Below are positions 1 through 9,402 of a stretch of 64,000 nt of DNA, one piece after another; the stretch's first letter is position 1, and every line of letters begins with the position of its first letter. The DNA comes from an uncultured Planctomycetota bacterium (lineage in GTDB: Bacteria; Planctomycetota; Planctomycetia; Gemmatales; HRBIN36): contig CALFAY010000022.1 in the NCBI GenBank assembly GCA_937944855.1, positions 14,507-78,506 of the forward strand, given 5' to 3'. Below the pieces are notes generated by a model. That model saw only the letters and a program-made list of their open reading frames with translations, was not told the origin of the DNA and searched no databases. Both the position numbers and the translations under genes were made by a program.

Positions 1-1280
1 ATGTCCAGGGGGAGATCGAAGGCGTGCTCGGCATCAGCTGGGACGTCAGCGAGCAGCGGGCCTTGGAGGAAAAACTGCGGCAAGCCCAGAAAATGGAAGC
101 CATCGGCCGCTTGGCCGGCGGCATCGCTCACGACTTCAACAACCTGCTCCAGGGCATCCTCGGCAACATCTCGCTGGTGCTGTCCGGCTTGGCGGAGGAC
201 GATCCGAACCGCCCGCTGTTGCAGTCCGCCGACAAGGCGGCCACGCGGGCTTCGGAACTGGTCCGCAATCTTCTGAGCTTCTCGCGTCGCAGCGAACTGC
301 ACCTCGACTCGGTGTCACTCAACACGGTCATCGAGGAAACCCTGGAAATCCTGCGTCCTAAGCTGGCTTCCAACCTGCGGATCCACCTCGAGCTGGATCC
401 GCAACTGGGCCGGGTGCGGGCCGATGCTTCCCAACTGGGACGGGTGGTCATGAACCTGTGCCTCAACGCCTGCGACGCCATGCCCAAGGGGGGTACGCTC
501 ACCATCCGCACACGCAACGTCGAGGTTTCTCCTCGGGAGGCGCAGCAGTACGTCGGGGCCAAGGCGGGGTCGGCTGTGTGTCTCCAGGTGGCGGACACCG
601 GCATCGGCATGCCCAGCGACGTTCGCTCCCGCATCTTCGAGCCGTTTTTCACCACCAAGGAACCGGGCCGCGGCACCGGTTTGGGCCTGTCGATGGTGCT
701 CGGCATCGTGCAACAGCATCGCGGCTGGCTCGACTGCTGGAGCGAACCCGGCAAGGGCACCGTTTTCACCATCTGGCTGCCGCGTGACGACACTCCAGTC
801 GTGGACGTTCCGCATCTGTCCCCGGCTGTTGCCGGCAACGCCCACAGCGGCGAAACCCTCTTGATCGTGGACGACGAACCCGTCGTCCGCATGTTGGCGC
901 GAACCATTCTGCAACGGCTCGGGTACACCACCCTGGAGGCGGGCGATGGGCCGGAAGCAATCGCCCTGTTCCGCCGGGAGCACGCCCGCATCGCGCTGGT
1001 CATCCTCGATTACACCATGCCGGGCATGTCCGGCCAGGAGGTGCTGAAGGAACTCGTGCGCATCAACCCGCAGGTGCGCGTGCTCTTTTCCAGCGGCTAC
1101 TCCGATACGCCGCCTGCTCTGCACGAAATCCGCAACGTTCTTGGCTTCCTGGGCAAGCCCTATCGTCCCGAGCAGCTCGGCAAGGCGGTTCGTCAGGCGT
1201 TGGACCAGACCCTTCCGGACGGCAGCCCGGACAGCGGCAATCGAAGGTCGCTCGCCTCGGCAGGTCCCCGCCGTTCCTGA
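1..1280 (+). CDS. Hybrid sensor histidine kinase/response regulator (5' end outside window)
   Basis: H-box AGGIAHDFNNLL, N-box NACDAM, G-boxes DTGIGM and GTGLGL, C-terminal receiver (LIVDDE...LDYTMP...GKP). Frame is open to the window edge. Confidence 0.93.
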   Translation, partial: VQGEIEGVLGISWDVSEQRALEEKLRQAQKMEAIGRLAGGIAHDFNNLLQGILGNISLVLSGLAEDDPNRPLLQSADKAATRASELVRNLLSFSRRSELHLDSVSLNTVIEETLEILRPKLASNLRIHLELDPQLGRVRADASQLGRVVMNLCLNACDAMPKGGTLTIRTRNVEVSPREAQQYVGAKAGSAVCLQVADTGIGMPSDVRSRIFEPFFTTKEPGRGTGLGLSMVLGIVQQHRGWLDCWSEPGKGTVFTIWLPRDDTPVVDVPHLSPAVAGNAHSGETLLIVDDEPVVRMLARTILQRLGYTTLEAGDGPEAIALFRREHARIALVILDYTMPGMSGQEVLKELVRINPQVRVLFSSGYSDTPPALHEIRNVLGFLGKPYRPEQLGKAVRQALDQTLPDGSPDSGNRRSLASAGPRRS

Positions 1281-1331
1281 TGCCGTACCTATAATGACTG
1301 GATCAGGCATGAGAGGCAGAGAAGGAACTGC

Positions 1332-4292
1332 ATGGCCACGCAGATGACCGCACTTCGCGGACTGACCGCCGCGGAGGTCGAGGCCAGTCGCCGACTCCAC
1401 GGGGCCAACGTCCTCACGCCGCCGGAGCGGGACCCCTGGTGGAAGCTCTGGCTGGAAAAATTCGATGACCCCGTCATTCGCATCCTGTTGATCGCCGCAG
1501 TCCTTGCCTTCGGCGTCGGGCTGGTGGACGGGCGGTTCGCCGAGGGTTTGGGAATCGTCATCGCCATTCTGCTGGCGACTACCATCGCGTTTTTCAACGA
1601 ATACCGGGCAGCCCGCGAGTTCGAAATCCTCAACCGCACCAGCGATGAGACGCCGGTCAAAGTCCTGCGCGACCGTCATTTCACGACCGTGCCTCGCCAC
1701 GAGATCGTCGTCGGCGACCTGGTCCAGTTGGAGCTTGGCGACGAAGTCCCGGCTGACGGAGAAGTCCTCGAAGCCATCGGCTTGCAGATCGACGAATCGC
1801 GGCTGACCGGCGAATCGAAGCCGTCGGTGAAGGGGCCTTCGTCCGGCGGCGATGAGGCGCATCCAGACACGGCGTATCCGCCTGACCGAGTCTTCCGCGG
1901 CACGGTCGTCACCGACGGGCATGGATTGGTCCGCGTCACGGCCGTCGGCGATGCCACGGAGATCGGTCGGACCGCTCGGGCCGCCGCCGAGGTCGTCGCC
2001 GAGGAGTCGCCCCTGACCCGACAACTGGAAAAGCTCAGCAAGCTCATCGGCGTGGTCGGTCTGGGCGTGGCGACGCTGACTTTGACGGCTCTGATCGCGC
2101 GGGGCGCCTGGACCGGCAGTCTGGCCCTCGATTCCGCGGGCTGGTATCTCGTCGCGGTCCTCGGGCTGTCTGCCGTGGTGGGGCTGGTCCGAGTCTGGCT
2201 GCCCCTGGTGTACGACGGCATCGAACTGGTCACAGGCCGCGACGCCCGACCGATCTGGCTGACGCGATCCGGATTGCGCGGCTGGGTCGCGCCGCTGACA
2301 GTCGGAGTGATCGTGGGCCTCAGCGGCGTCGCACTCGGGCTGGCCGCCGGATGGCTGTCCTGGGATGTGGAGAGCTGGTTGTCCGCCGAGGCCGGTCGGG
2401 AATTACTGACTTACTTCATGGTCGCCGTCACCATCATCGTCGTGGCCGTGCCCGAAGGCCTCGCCATGAGCGTCACGCTTAGCCTCGCTTACAGTATGAG
2501 GCAGATGACCGCCAGCAACAATCTCGTTCGCCGACTCCACGCCTGCGAGACCATCGGTGCCGCCACGGTCATTTGCAGCGACAAGACCGGCACCCTGACC
2601 CGCAACCAGATGCGGATTGCGGCCGTGGATTTTCCGAGTTGCCCGGAACTGGCCCGGGGACTTCGGCCGTCGGGAAGAAACGCCTGGGCAACGATCGTGG
2701 AAGCCGTCGCGGCGAATTCGACGGCCCACCTCAGCCGCGACAACGGCGGCGACGTCCGTCCCCTCGGCAATCCCACCGAAGGGGCTTTGCTGCTGTGGCT
2801 GGCAGATTTGGACGAGGACTACTTCCGCTTCCGGCGTCAGTTCTCCATTGCACGGCAATGGACCTTCACCACCGAGCGGAAGTTTATGGCCACGCTGGGC
2901 CGTTCCGCCGTCACGGGCCTGATGACGCTCTACGTCAAGGGAGCGCCGGAAATCGTTCTGGAGCGGTGCCGGTATCTGGCGGTTCCCGACGGCCTGGCCG
3001 GCCTGGACGCCCATCGAGCTGCCATTGAAGACCGCCTGCACCGCCTCGAGGCCCAGGGGATGCGGACCCTGGCCCTGGCCTGCCGAACCCTGGACGATGC
3101 GGCAGCGTCCTCGGCGTCTGACGACGGTGATCGGCTCGACAACCTGGCCCGCGATCTGGTCTGGCTGGGCTTCGTGGCCATCGCCGATCCGGTGCGTCCC
3201 GAAGTTCCCCCCGCCATTCAGGCTTGCCGCGAAGCCGGGGTCATGGTCAAGGTCGTCACCGGCGACAACATCCAAACCAGCATCGAAGTCGCCCGTCAGA
3301 TCGGCCTGTGGGAAGAAGGCGACAAACCAGAGGAGGTCTGGCTCGGCTCGGAATTCGCCAAGCTCAGCGATGAGGAAGCCCGGCAAGTGGCTCTGCGGTT
3401 GAAGGTGCTGGCCCGAGCACGGCCCGCCGACAAGATGCGCCTGGTGAGGCTGCTCCAGGAGCAGAATCAGGTCGTGGCCGTGACCGGCGACGGAGTCAAC
3501 GATTCCCCGGCCCTCAACTACGCCGACGTGGGCCTGGCGATGGGCAAGACCGGCACCGCCGTCGCCAAGGAGGCCAGCGACATCATCCTTCTGGACGACT
3601 CGTTCCGTTCCATCGTCAACGCCATCCTGTGGGGACGCTCCCTCTACCAGAACATCCAGCGCTTCCTGCTTTTCCAATTGACGATCAACTTCTCCGCCCT
3701 GGGCCTGGCCATGCTCGGGCCGTTCCTCGGCGTCAAGCTGCCGCTCACCGTCATGCAGATGCTCTGGATCAATCTCATCATGGACACGTTCGCCGCCTTG
3801 GCGTTGGCCACCGAACGGCCCAACTGGGACGTGATGCGGAACAAGCCCCGCGATCCCAAGGCGTTCATTCTGACCCGGCCCATGCTGCTCAACATCCTGG
3901 CCACGGGGCTGACCTTCTTGGCCGCCATGATCGGGCTGATGCTCTACTTCCAGCGCATCGGCTGGCTGGCCGACGTCGATGAGCCGACCCACGGCGGCAC
4001 GATCCTGTTCTGCGTCTTCGTGCTGCTCCAGTTCTGGAACCTATTTAACGCGCGGACCATGGGCGGCACGAAGTCGGCCTTTGCGGGCATTCACCGCAAC
4101 CCGGCGTTTCTGGCCATCGTGGGGCTGATCCTGTGCGGCCAGATCCTGCTGGTCACGTTCCTGGGCAGCGTCTTCCGCACGGTGCCGCTGCCCTGGACCG
4201 AGTGGCTGGTGCTTTTGCTCGCCACTTCGGCGGTGCTGTGGATCGGCGAAGCGTTCCGCTGGCTGCACAGACGACGACTCAAGCCGGCTTAG
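1332..4292 (+). CDS. Calcium-translocating P-type ATPase (PMCA-like, P2 type)
   Basis: LTGES, VVAVPEGL, phosphorylation motif DKTGTLT, KGAPE, TGDGVND, LWINLIMD. TATAAT at 1290-1295 upstream. Confidence 0.95.
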   Translation: MATQMTALRGLTAAEVEASRRLHGANVLTPPERDPWWKLWLEKFDDPVIRILLIAAVLAFGVGLVDGRFAEGLGIVIAILLATTIAFFNEYRAAREFEILNRTSDETPVKVLRDRHFTTVPRHEIVVGDLVQLELGDEVPADGEVLEAIGLQIDESRLTGESKPSVKGPSSGGDEAHPDTAYPPDRVFRGTVVTDGHGLVRVTAVGDATEIGRTARAAAEVVAEESPLTRQLEKLSKLIGVVGLGVATLTLTALIARGAWTGSLALDSAGWYLVAVLGLSAVVGLVRVWLPLVYDGIELVTGRDARPIWLTRSGLRGWVAPLTVGVIVGLSGVALGLAAGWLSWDVESWLSAEAGRELLTYFMVAVTIIVVAVPEGLAMSVTLSLAYSMRQMTASNNLVRRLHACETIGAATVICSDKTGTLTRNQMRIAAVDFPSCPELARGLRPSGRNAWATIVEAVAANSTAHLSRDNGGDVRPLGNPTEGALLLWLADLDEDYFRFRRQFSIARQWTFTTERKFMATLGRSAVTGLMTLYVKGAPEIVLERCRYLAVPDGLAGLDAHRAAIEDRLHRLEAQGMRTLALACRTLDDAAASSASDDGDRLDNLARDLVWLGFVAIADPVRPEVPPAIQACREAGVMVKVVTGDNIQTSIEVARQIGLWEEGDKPEEVWLGSEFAKLSDEEARQVALRLKVLARARPADKMRLVRLLQEQNQVVAVTGDGVNDSPALNYADVGLAMGKTGTAVAKEASDIILLDDSFRSIVNAILWGRSLYQNIQRFLLFQLTINFSALGLAMLGPFLGVKLPLTVMQMLWINLIMDTFAALALATERPNWDVMRNKPRDPKAFILTRPMLLNILATGLTFLAAMIGLMLYFQRIGWLADVDEPTHGGTILFCVFVLLQFWNLFNARTMGGTKSAFAGIHRNPAFLAIVGLILCGQILLVTFLGSVFRTVPLPWTEWLVLLLATSAVLWIGEAFRWLHRRRLKPA

Positions 4293-5892
4293 CTCCCGGT
4301 CTGCCGGCCTCGACCACGAAGGAAGCCCGCGTCACCACGTTGCCGCCCGACTGGGTCACGTCCTCGACCACGACGTAGTCGCTGGTCCACAGCGTCGGCG
4401 TGATCGTGCAGCGGACGTAGCCCCGTTCCCGGTTGAAGAACTGGATGCACGGATTGGCTACCAGCACCCGCTGCGCTCCTTCGGGCAACTCTTTGGGGCC
4501 GTTGCCGCCGCTGGAAATGCTGGTGCCGACAAACTCCGTGGCGACCACCGGGGCGTCGTGAACCCGGTCGTCCACGCGGAGATTGTTGACCCAGTTGCAG
4601 TGGATGTCGCCGGTGAGCACGATCGGGTTGGGCACCTTGCGGTCGGCGATGAACTGCATCAAGGCCATGCGTTCGTGGGCATAGCCCGGCCATTGATCCA
4701 TCGCATAGCCCTTGCGCAAGGGCGTGTCGAACTCGACCATCGCCATCATGACCTGCTGAGCTAGCACATTCCAAACGGCGGTCGAAGTGATGAGTCCCGC
4801 TTGGAGCCAGCCTTTCTGCTTGCGGCCCAGGAGGGTGTTGTTGGGATTGAGAGCGGCCTCGTTGAGCGGCTTGACGCCGTCGCCGTTGGGCTGGTCGGTG
4901 CGGTACTGGCGGGTGTCGAGGACGAAGAACTCCGCGAGTCGGCCGAACGACGCCTTGCGGTACAGCTGCATGTCCGGGCCGTGTGGCAGCGACCGGGGAC
5001 GCAACGGCATCATCTCGTAGTAAACCTGATAGGCGGACGCCCGGCGGATGAGGAACTCGACGGGATGCTCCGGCTCGACGCCGGGCCGCTGCTCTTCCTG
5101 GATGTCGTTGGCGTAGTTGTTCTCGAACTCGTGATCGTCCCAGGTCACGAACCAGGGGCAGACGGCGTGCATGCCGTGCAAAAGCGGATCGTGCCGATAC
5201 TGCATGTGCCGCAGCCGATAGTCGGCCAGCGTCCGGAGGCGGGTCCGCGTCGGCCCGGAATGCTTGCGGACCAGGTTATTCCGCGGCGGACCTTCGTAGA
5301 TGTAGTCGCCCAGGTGGAAGACCAGATCGACGTCATCCTTCGCCATCTGCGCATAAGCGGTGTACAAGCCCTGCTCATAATGCTGGCAGGACGCGAACGC
5401 CATGCGGAGCTTCTCGGGGATGCTATCGGGCCGTGGAAGGGTGCGGGTCCGACCCACGGGGCTGACCGCATCGCCGACGTGAAAGCGGTACCAGTACCAG
5501 CGGTCGGGTTTCAGCCCCCCGGCCTCGACATGGACCGAGTGGCCCAGCTGTGGAATGGCCATCGCCTTGCCGCTGCCGACGATCCGCTTCATGCCCTCGT
5601 CCTCGGCGATCTCCCAGCCGACCTCGAAGATCTCCGGCTTCATGCCGCCGTCGGGATCTTCCGGCACGGGAGCGAGCCTGGTCCAGAGCACGACGCTGGA
5701 ATCGTCGGGATCGCCGGAGGCGACGCCAAGCGTGAACGGAGTGCTGGCAAAGGCGACCCGGCGAGCCGACGGCTGGGCGCGCAGGGCCAGACTGGGCAGG
5801 GCGGCCAAGGCCGCACTCGTTGCCAGAAAGAGCCGACGGCTGACGCCGCCTTCGTAATGAACCGCTTCCGCGATGCGAGTCAGATCGAGCAT
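4279..5892 (-). CDS. phoD: Alkaline phosphatase D family protein, Tat-exported
   Basis: SRRLFL twin-arginine signal; FTLGVASGDP, FHLGDYIYE, WDDHE, LDTRQYR, TGDIH motifs. Confidence 0.93.
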   Translation of the reverse strand: MLDLTRIAEAVHYEGGVSRRLFLATSAALAALPSLALRAQPSARRVAFASTPFTLGVASGDPDDSSVVLWTRLAPVPEDPDGGMKPEIFEVGWEIAEDEGMKRIVGSGKAMAIPQLGHSVHVEAGGLKPDRWYWYRFHVGDAVSPVGRTRTLPRPDSIPEKLRMAFASCQHYEQGLYTAYAQMAKDDVDLVFHLGDYIYEGPPRNNLVRKHSGPTRTRLRTLADYRLRHMQYRHDPLLHGMHAVCPWFVTWDDHEFENNYANDIQEEQRPGVEPEHPVEFLIRRASAYQVYYEMMPLRPRSLPHGPDMQLYRKASFGRLAEFFVLDTRQYRTDQPNGDGVKPLNEAALNPNNTLLGRKQKGWLQAGLITSTAVWNVLAQQVMMAMVEFDTPLRKGYAMDQWPGYAHERMALMQFIADRKVPNPIVLTGDIHCNWVNNLRVDDRVHDAPVVATEFVGTSISSGGNGPKELPEGAQRVLVANPCIQFFNRERGYVRCTITPTLWTSDYVVVEDVTQSGGNVVTRASFVVEAGRPGAKPA

Positions 5893-5950
5893 GAGACAGG
5901 CTCCTCCCCCTTCGGACGGCTGACGCCCCCGCCGATCTCCTGTTCACGAG

Positions 5951-6919
5951 TCATTGATCCGGTGCGGCTTGCCACCCGTAGGTCACATATTCACAGGTCG
6001 AAGTTCCGTCGTCGTACAGGTCCACCAGCGCGTAGCCCTCGGCGAAGTGCTGGTTCTTGCCCTTCCACCAGCCGCCGCAGACCGCCCCGTTGCAGTAGTA
6101 AGTGGTGCCCAGATACACAACAGCATCGACCAGGTGCATGTGTCCGCTCAGGCAGACCTTGACGTTGCCGTGCTGGTGGAACAAGGCCGTCAGTTTTCGA
6201 GCGTCGAGGTGCATCCAGGAACCCGGCACGACCCAATCGCCGGTCTTCTCGTTGTGGCCGTCGAGAAATGCACACGCTGCCAGGATCGGGATGTGAGACA
6301 GGATCAGGATCGGCGTCGTCCGCAGCGTGGCTTTCACCTCGGCTGTCAGCCAGGCGAACTGTTCCTCGTCCAGCCGACCATCGTAGCCGTGCCGATTCGG
6401 ATTGGGTTGAGTGCTGTCGAGGACGAGAAACTTCCAACCGGCCTTGTCGAAACTGTAGTACCGTCCCGGCAGACGCAGCTCCTCGACCGCCCAGGCTTTG
6501 CCATAACCGACGTCTTCCGGCTTGGCTCCCGAATTCGGTCCCCAGCCCCAGACGTCGTGATTCCCGATGCATGATTGATACGGCAGCGAGCACTCGGCCT
6601 TCAGCACTCGATGCCAGACATCCCACTGGGTCCGCGTCCGCTCCCGGGTCTGGTTGAAGGAATCCATGATGTTGTCGCCGCCGAACAGGATCAGGTCCGG
6701 CTTGACGGCCTGATTCTGGACATGGTGAAGGCAGGCGGCGAAGCCAGCGGCGGCGTTGCGTTCCGGCTGCACATGCACATCGGTCAGATGAGCGATGCGG
6801 AGGACGCGCTTGCGGGATGCCCGGTCGGCCCAGGCGGAGACGGCCAATGGACCTGCCAGCAATGCCGAAGCCGCCGCCAGGAAGGCGCGCCGGGTAGGAT
6901 GGCGAGAGGATGGGGCCAT
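5951..6919 (-). CDS. Tat-exported calcineurin-like metallophosphoesterase
   Basis: TRRAFL signal; DVH, GGD, GNHD, SHIP, GHMH metal motifs. Confidence 0.9.
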   Translation of the reverse strand: MAPSSRHPTRRAFLAAASALLAGPLAVSAWADRASRKRVLRIAHLTDVHVQPERNAAAGFAACLHHVQNQAVKPDLILFGGDNIMDSFNQTRERTRTQWDVWHRVLKAECSLPYQSCIGNHDVWGWGPNSGAKPEDVGYGKAWAVEELRLPGRYYSFDKAGWKFLVLDSTQPNPNRHGYDGRLDEEQFAWLTAEVKATLRTTPILILSHIPILAACAFLDGHNEKTGDWVVPGSWMHLDARKLTALFHQHGNVKVCLSGHMHLVDAVVYLGTTYYCNGAVCGGWWKGKNQHFAEGYALVDLYDDGTSTCEYVTYGWQAAPDQ

Positions 6920-7042
6920 CGCGGGGAACTCCTGATGGTAATAGGCAACATAACCCTACCAATACCGGCTGAGATTCGAGTTGTCTCGTGTTTTTTCAGT
7001 AAAAGCGGCGTGGAGAAATCGGCCTGGCCGGCGGACGCTGTT

Positions 7043-8170
7043 TCATGATCGTGGCTCAACGCTGTCGAGGGACGCCGCGCGGAATCGTCCCCGAATGAGC
7101 CAGTCCTCGCCGCTGGCTTCGACAGTCCAGCGGGCCAGGCGCAGGGCCTTGTGCAGCGTCGCCGCCCCGCGTCCGCCCACAGGTCCCAGGGCGGGCCGAC
7201 CGCCGATGATGATCGGAGCCACGAAGACCATCGTTTCGTCCACCTGACCCGCATCGAAAAAACTGCCCAGAATCTCGGCCCCGCCTTCGACAAGCACCTG
7301 GGTGAAACGCCGACGTCCCAGTTCATCCAGGACCGCGTCAATGGCCTCTCGACGGCCCGTAGTGGGAAGGGAGACGCACTCACAGCCAGCCGCTTCCAAA
7401 CGGTGCTTCGATGCAGCATCGGCCTGCGGCTCGTGGAAAATGAGCACGGGAACTTCCTTGGCGGTCTGGACTAGGCGGCTGCTGAGCGGCAGCCGCAGGC
7501 GGTTGTCGAGCACGATCCGGCAGGCGGTTCGCGGACCGTGGGGACGAGCGGTCAGGAGCGGATCATCGGCCAGGGCCGTGCCGATGCCGATCAGAATGCC
7601 GTCCACTTTGCCCCGCACCTCATGCACCTTGCGGCGGGACTCTTCGCCGCTGATCCAGCGGGCGTCGCCTGTCACCGTGGCGATGCGGCCGTCGAGCGAC
7701 ATCGCCCACTTGGCAATCACATAGGGCCGACCCGTCCGGACAAGTTTCAGATACGGAGCATTCAATTCCTCGGCCTCGTCGGCCAGACAACCGACTTCGA
7801 CGGAAATTCCGTGTTCCCGCAGCAGGGCAATCCCTTTGCCGCGGACTTCGGGAAACGGATCGGACATGGCGGCGACGACGCGCTTCACGCCGGCGCGGAG
7901 AATGGCATCGGTGCAGGGAGGGGTTTTTCCGAAGTGGCAGCACGGTTCGAGGGTAACGTACAGCGTGCCGCCTCGGGCCGCTTCCCCGGCCTCTTCCAGG
8001 GCGAAGACTTCGGCATGCGGACCGCCGAAACGCTGGTGCCAGCCGCTACCGACGACTCTGCCCTCTCGGACGACAACAGCTCCGACCAACGGATTCGGCT
8101 CGACATGGCCCCGTCCCCTTTCCGCGAGGTGCAGAGCCTGTCGCATGAACTCGACGTCGTTGACGTCCAT
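7043..8170 (-). CDS. ribD: Bifunctional riboflavin biosynthesis deaminase/reductase
   Basis: PNPLVGAV, HAE, TLEPCCHFGKTPPC, SLDGRIA, VEGG. Start may be the TTG at 8179. Confidence 0.96.
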   Translation of the reverse strand: MDVNDVEFMRQALHLAERGRGHVEPNPLVGAVVVREGRVVGSGWHQRFGGPHAEVFALEEAGEAARGGTLYVTLEPCCHFGKTPPCTDAILRAGVKRVVAAMSDPFPEVRGKGIALLREHGISVEVGCLADEAEELNAPYLKLVRTGRPYVIAKWAMSLDGRIATVTGDARWISGEESRRKVHEVRGKVDGILIGIGTALADDPLLTARPHGPRTACRIVLDNRLRLPLSSRLVQTAKEVPVLIFHEPQADAASKHRLEAAGCECVSLPTTGRREAIDAVLDELGRRRFTQVLVEGGAEILGSFFDAGQVDETMVFVAPIIIGGRPALGPVGGRGAATLHKALRLARWTVEASGEDWLIRGRFRAASLDSVEPRS

Positions 8171-8183
8171 GCTCGCCAAGCCC

Positions 8184-9134
8184 TCACTTCGCAGTCGGCG
8201 GGCCGGAGCTTTGTTCGTCTTCCAGATGCCTCTGGAAGTAGCGCAGCATCCGAGGGACGGCGGCTTCGATCGCCGTCATATGGTCCGTGCCCGGGAATTG
8301 GACGACCCGGACGATCTTCCCCAGATGCGCCGCCAGCACTTCCATCGACGCGGCCTGACTGTAGTAGAGCTGGTCCTGACGCTCGCCGTAAAACAGGTAC
8401 AACGGGCACTTCAGATCGCGCAGATGGCGGGCTGGCGAACGCAGGTCCAACTCCAGCGGGTCACGCCAATCGAACGGAATGAACTGGAAAGCGGGTTTTC
8501 TCTGCTCCTCGACGATGGCCCGCATGTCGGGGATGCCGCCGCACGCCGCCGCGGCCCGCAGCCGGGGCGTGATCATCGCCAGCAACATCACGATTGTCGC
8601 GCCGGCGTCGTGTCCCGCGGCGAACAGCCGCGTCCGATCCACGCCGGGCAAACCCGCCAGATGCTCCAGGGCCGCCTGAGCGTCCGCCACTTCGCCGTAA
8701 TACATTTCGAAGTATCCCGGGTTGCCGTTCTCGCCGCGCCAGGCCGGAAGCATTACGACATAGCCCGCATCGGCGAAGGCACGAGGCACTTCGAGGTCGC
8801 CCCGGGACAGGGCGTAGCCAGCATGGCCGTACAGCACCGCCGGGGCCGATCCCTCCGACCGAACCGGACGCAGCACCCAGGCCAGGAGCCGACGGCCCTC
8901 CGATTCGTAGGTGATCGCCTCGACGCCCTCGGGAACTTCGGATTCATACGGCTCCGGCGAAGGTTGTTGTACCATGAGCCGGGTCTTGACCCGCTGCCGG
9001 GCTTCCGCCAACGAGGCCAAGCGTCGGTTCAGGATGCCCGGCGAAGTCGTCTCCTCAGGACCGCAGCCCGCCGCCAAGGCCGTCAAAGCGAGGAATGCCG
9101 TCAAATGTCGCGCCCCGATGCGCCCCCGTGCCAT
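8184..9134 (-). CDS. Alpha/beta-hydrolase (S9-like) lipoprotein
   Basis: Lipobox LAAGC; YGHAG, WRGENGNPG; nucleophile elbow reads GHDAG rather than GxSxG. Confidence 0.75.
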   Translation of the reverse strand: MARGRIGARHLTAFLALTALAAGCGPEETTSPGILNRRLASLAEARQRVKTRLMVQQPSPEPYESEVPEGVEAITYESEGRRLLAWVLRPVRSEGSAPAVLYGHAGYALSRGDLEVPRAFADAGYVVMLPAWRGENGNPGYFEMYYGEVADAQAALEHLAGLPGVDRTRLFAAGHDAGATIVMLLAMITPRLRAAAACGGIPDMRAIVEEQRKPAFQFIPFDWRDPLELDLRSPARHLRDLKCPLYLFYGERQDQLYYSQAASMEVLAAHLGKIVRVVQFPGTDHMTAIEAAVPRMLRYFQRHLEDEQSSGPPTAK

Positions 9135-9402
9135 GTCCGGCCCCTCCGTGAACGGCTCCGCGGTGTGGTAGGGAAGGTCTAGTAACGATTATCAGCCTTG
9201 ATCGAACAGCGAGCAAGTCCGCTGCAAAGGGACCATACATTTGAGCAGTATAACTATACGTTTGCATCGTATTTCGCCCTTGCTCCAAGTTGGCGTGTCG
9301 CTATAGTTGTCCTTTGCGACGCAGGAGCAGTGAAGCCGAAGGCTGGAAAACCTTTCCTGTTTCGGCGAGTGCCTGGTTCAATGCCTGGGAGGGATTTGTC
9401 TC

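Noticed and set aside
1281-1331. Mn-sensing yybP-ykoY riboswitch before the P-type ATPase
   Set aside because: The gap is only about 50 bp and shows only a -10 box and RBS.
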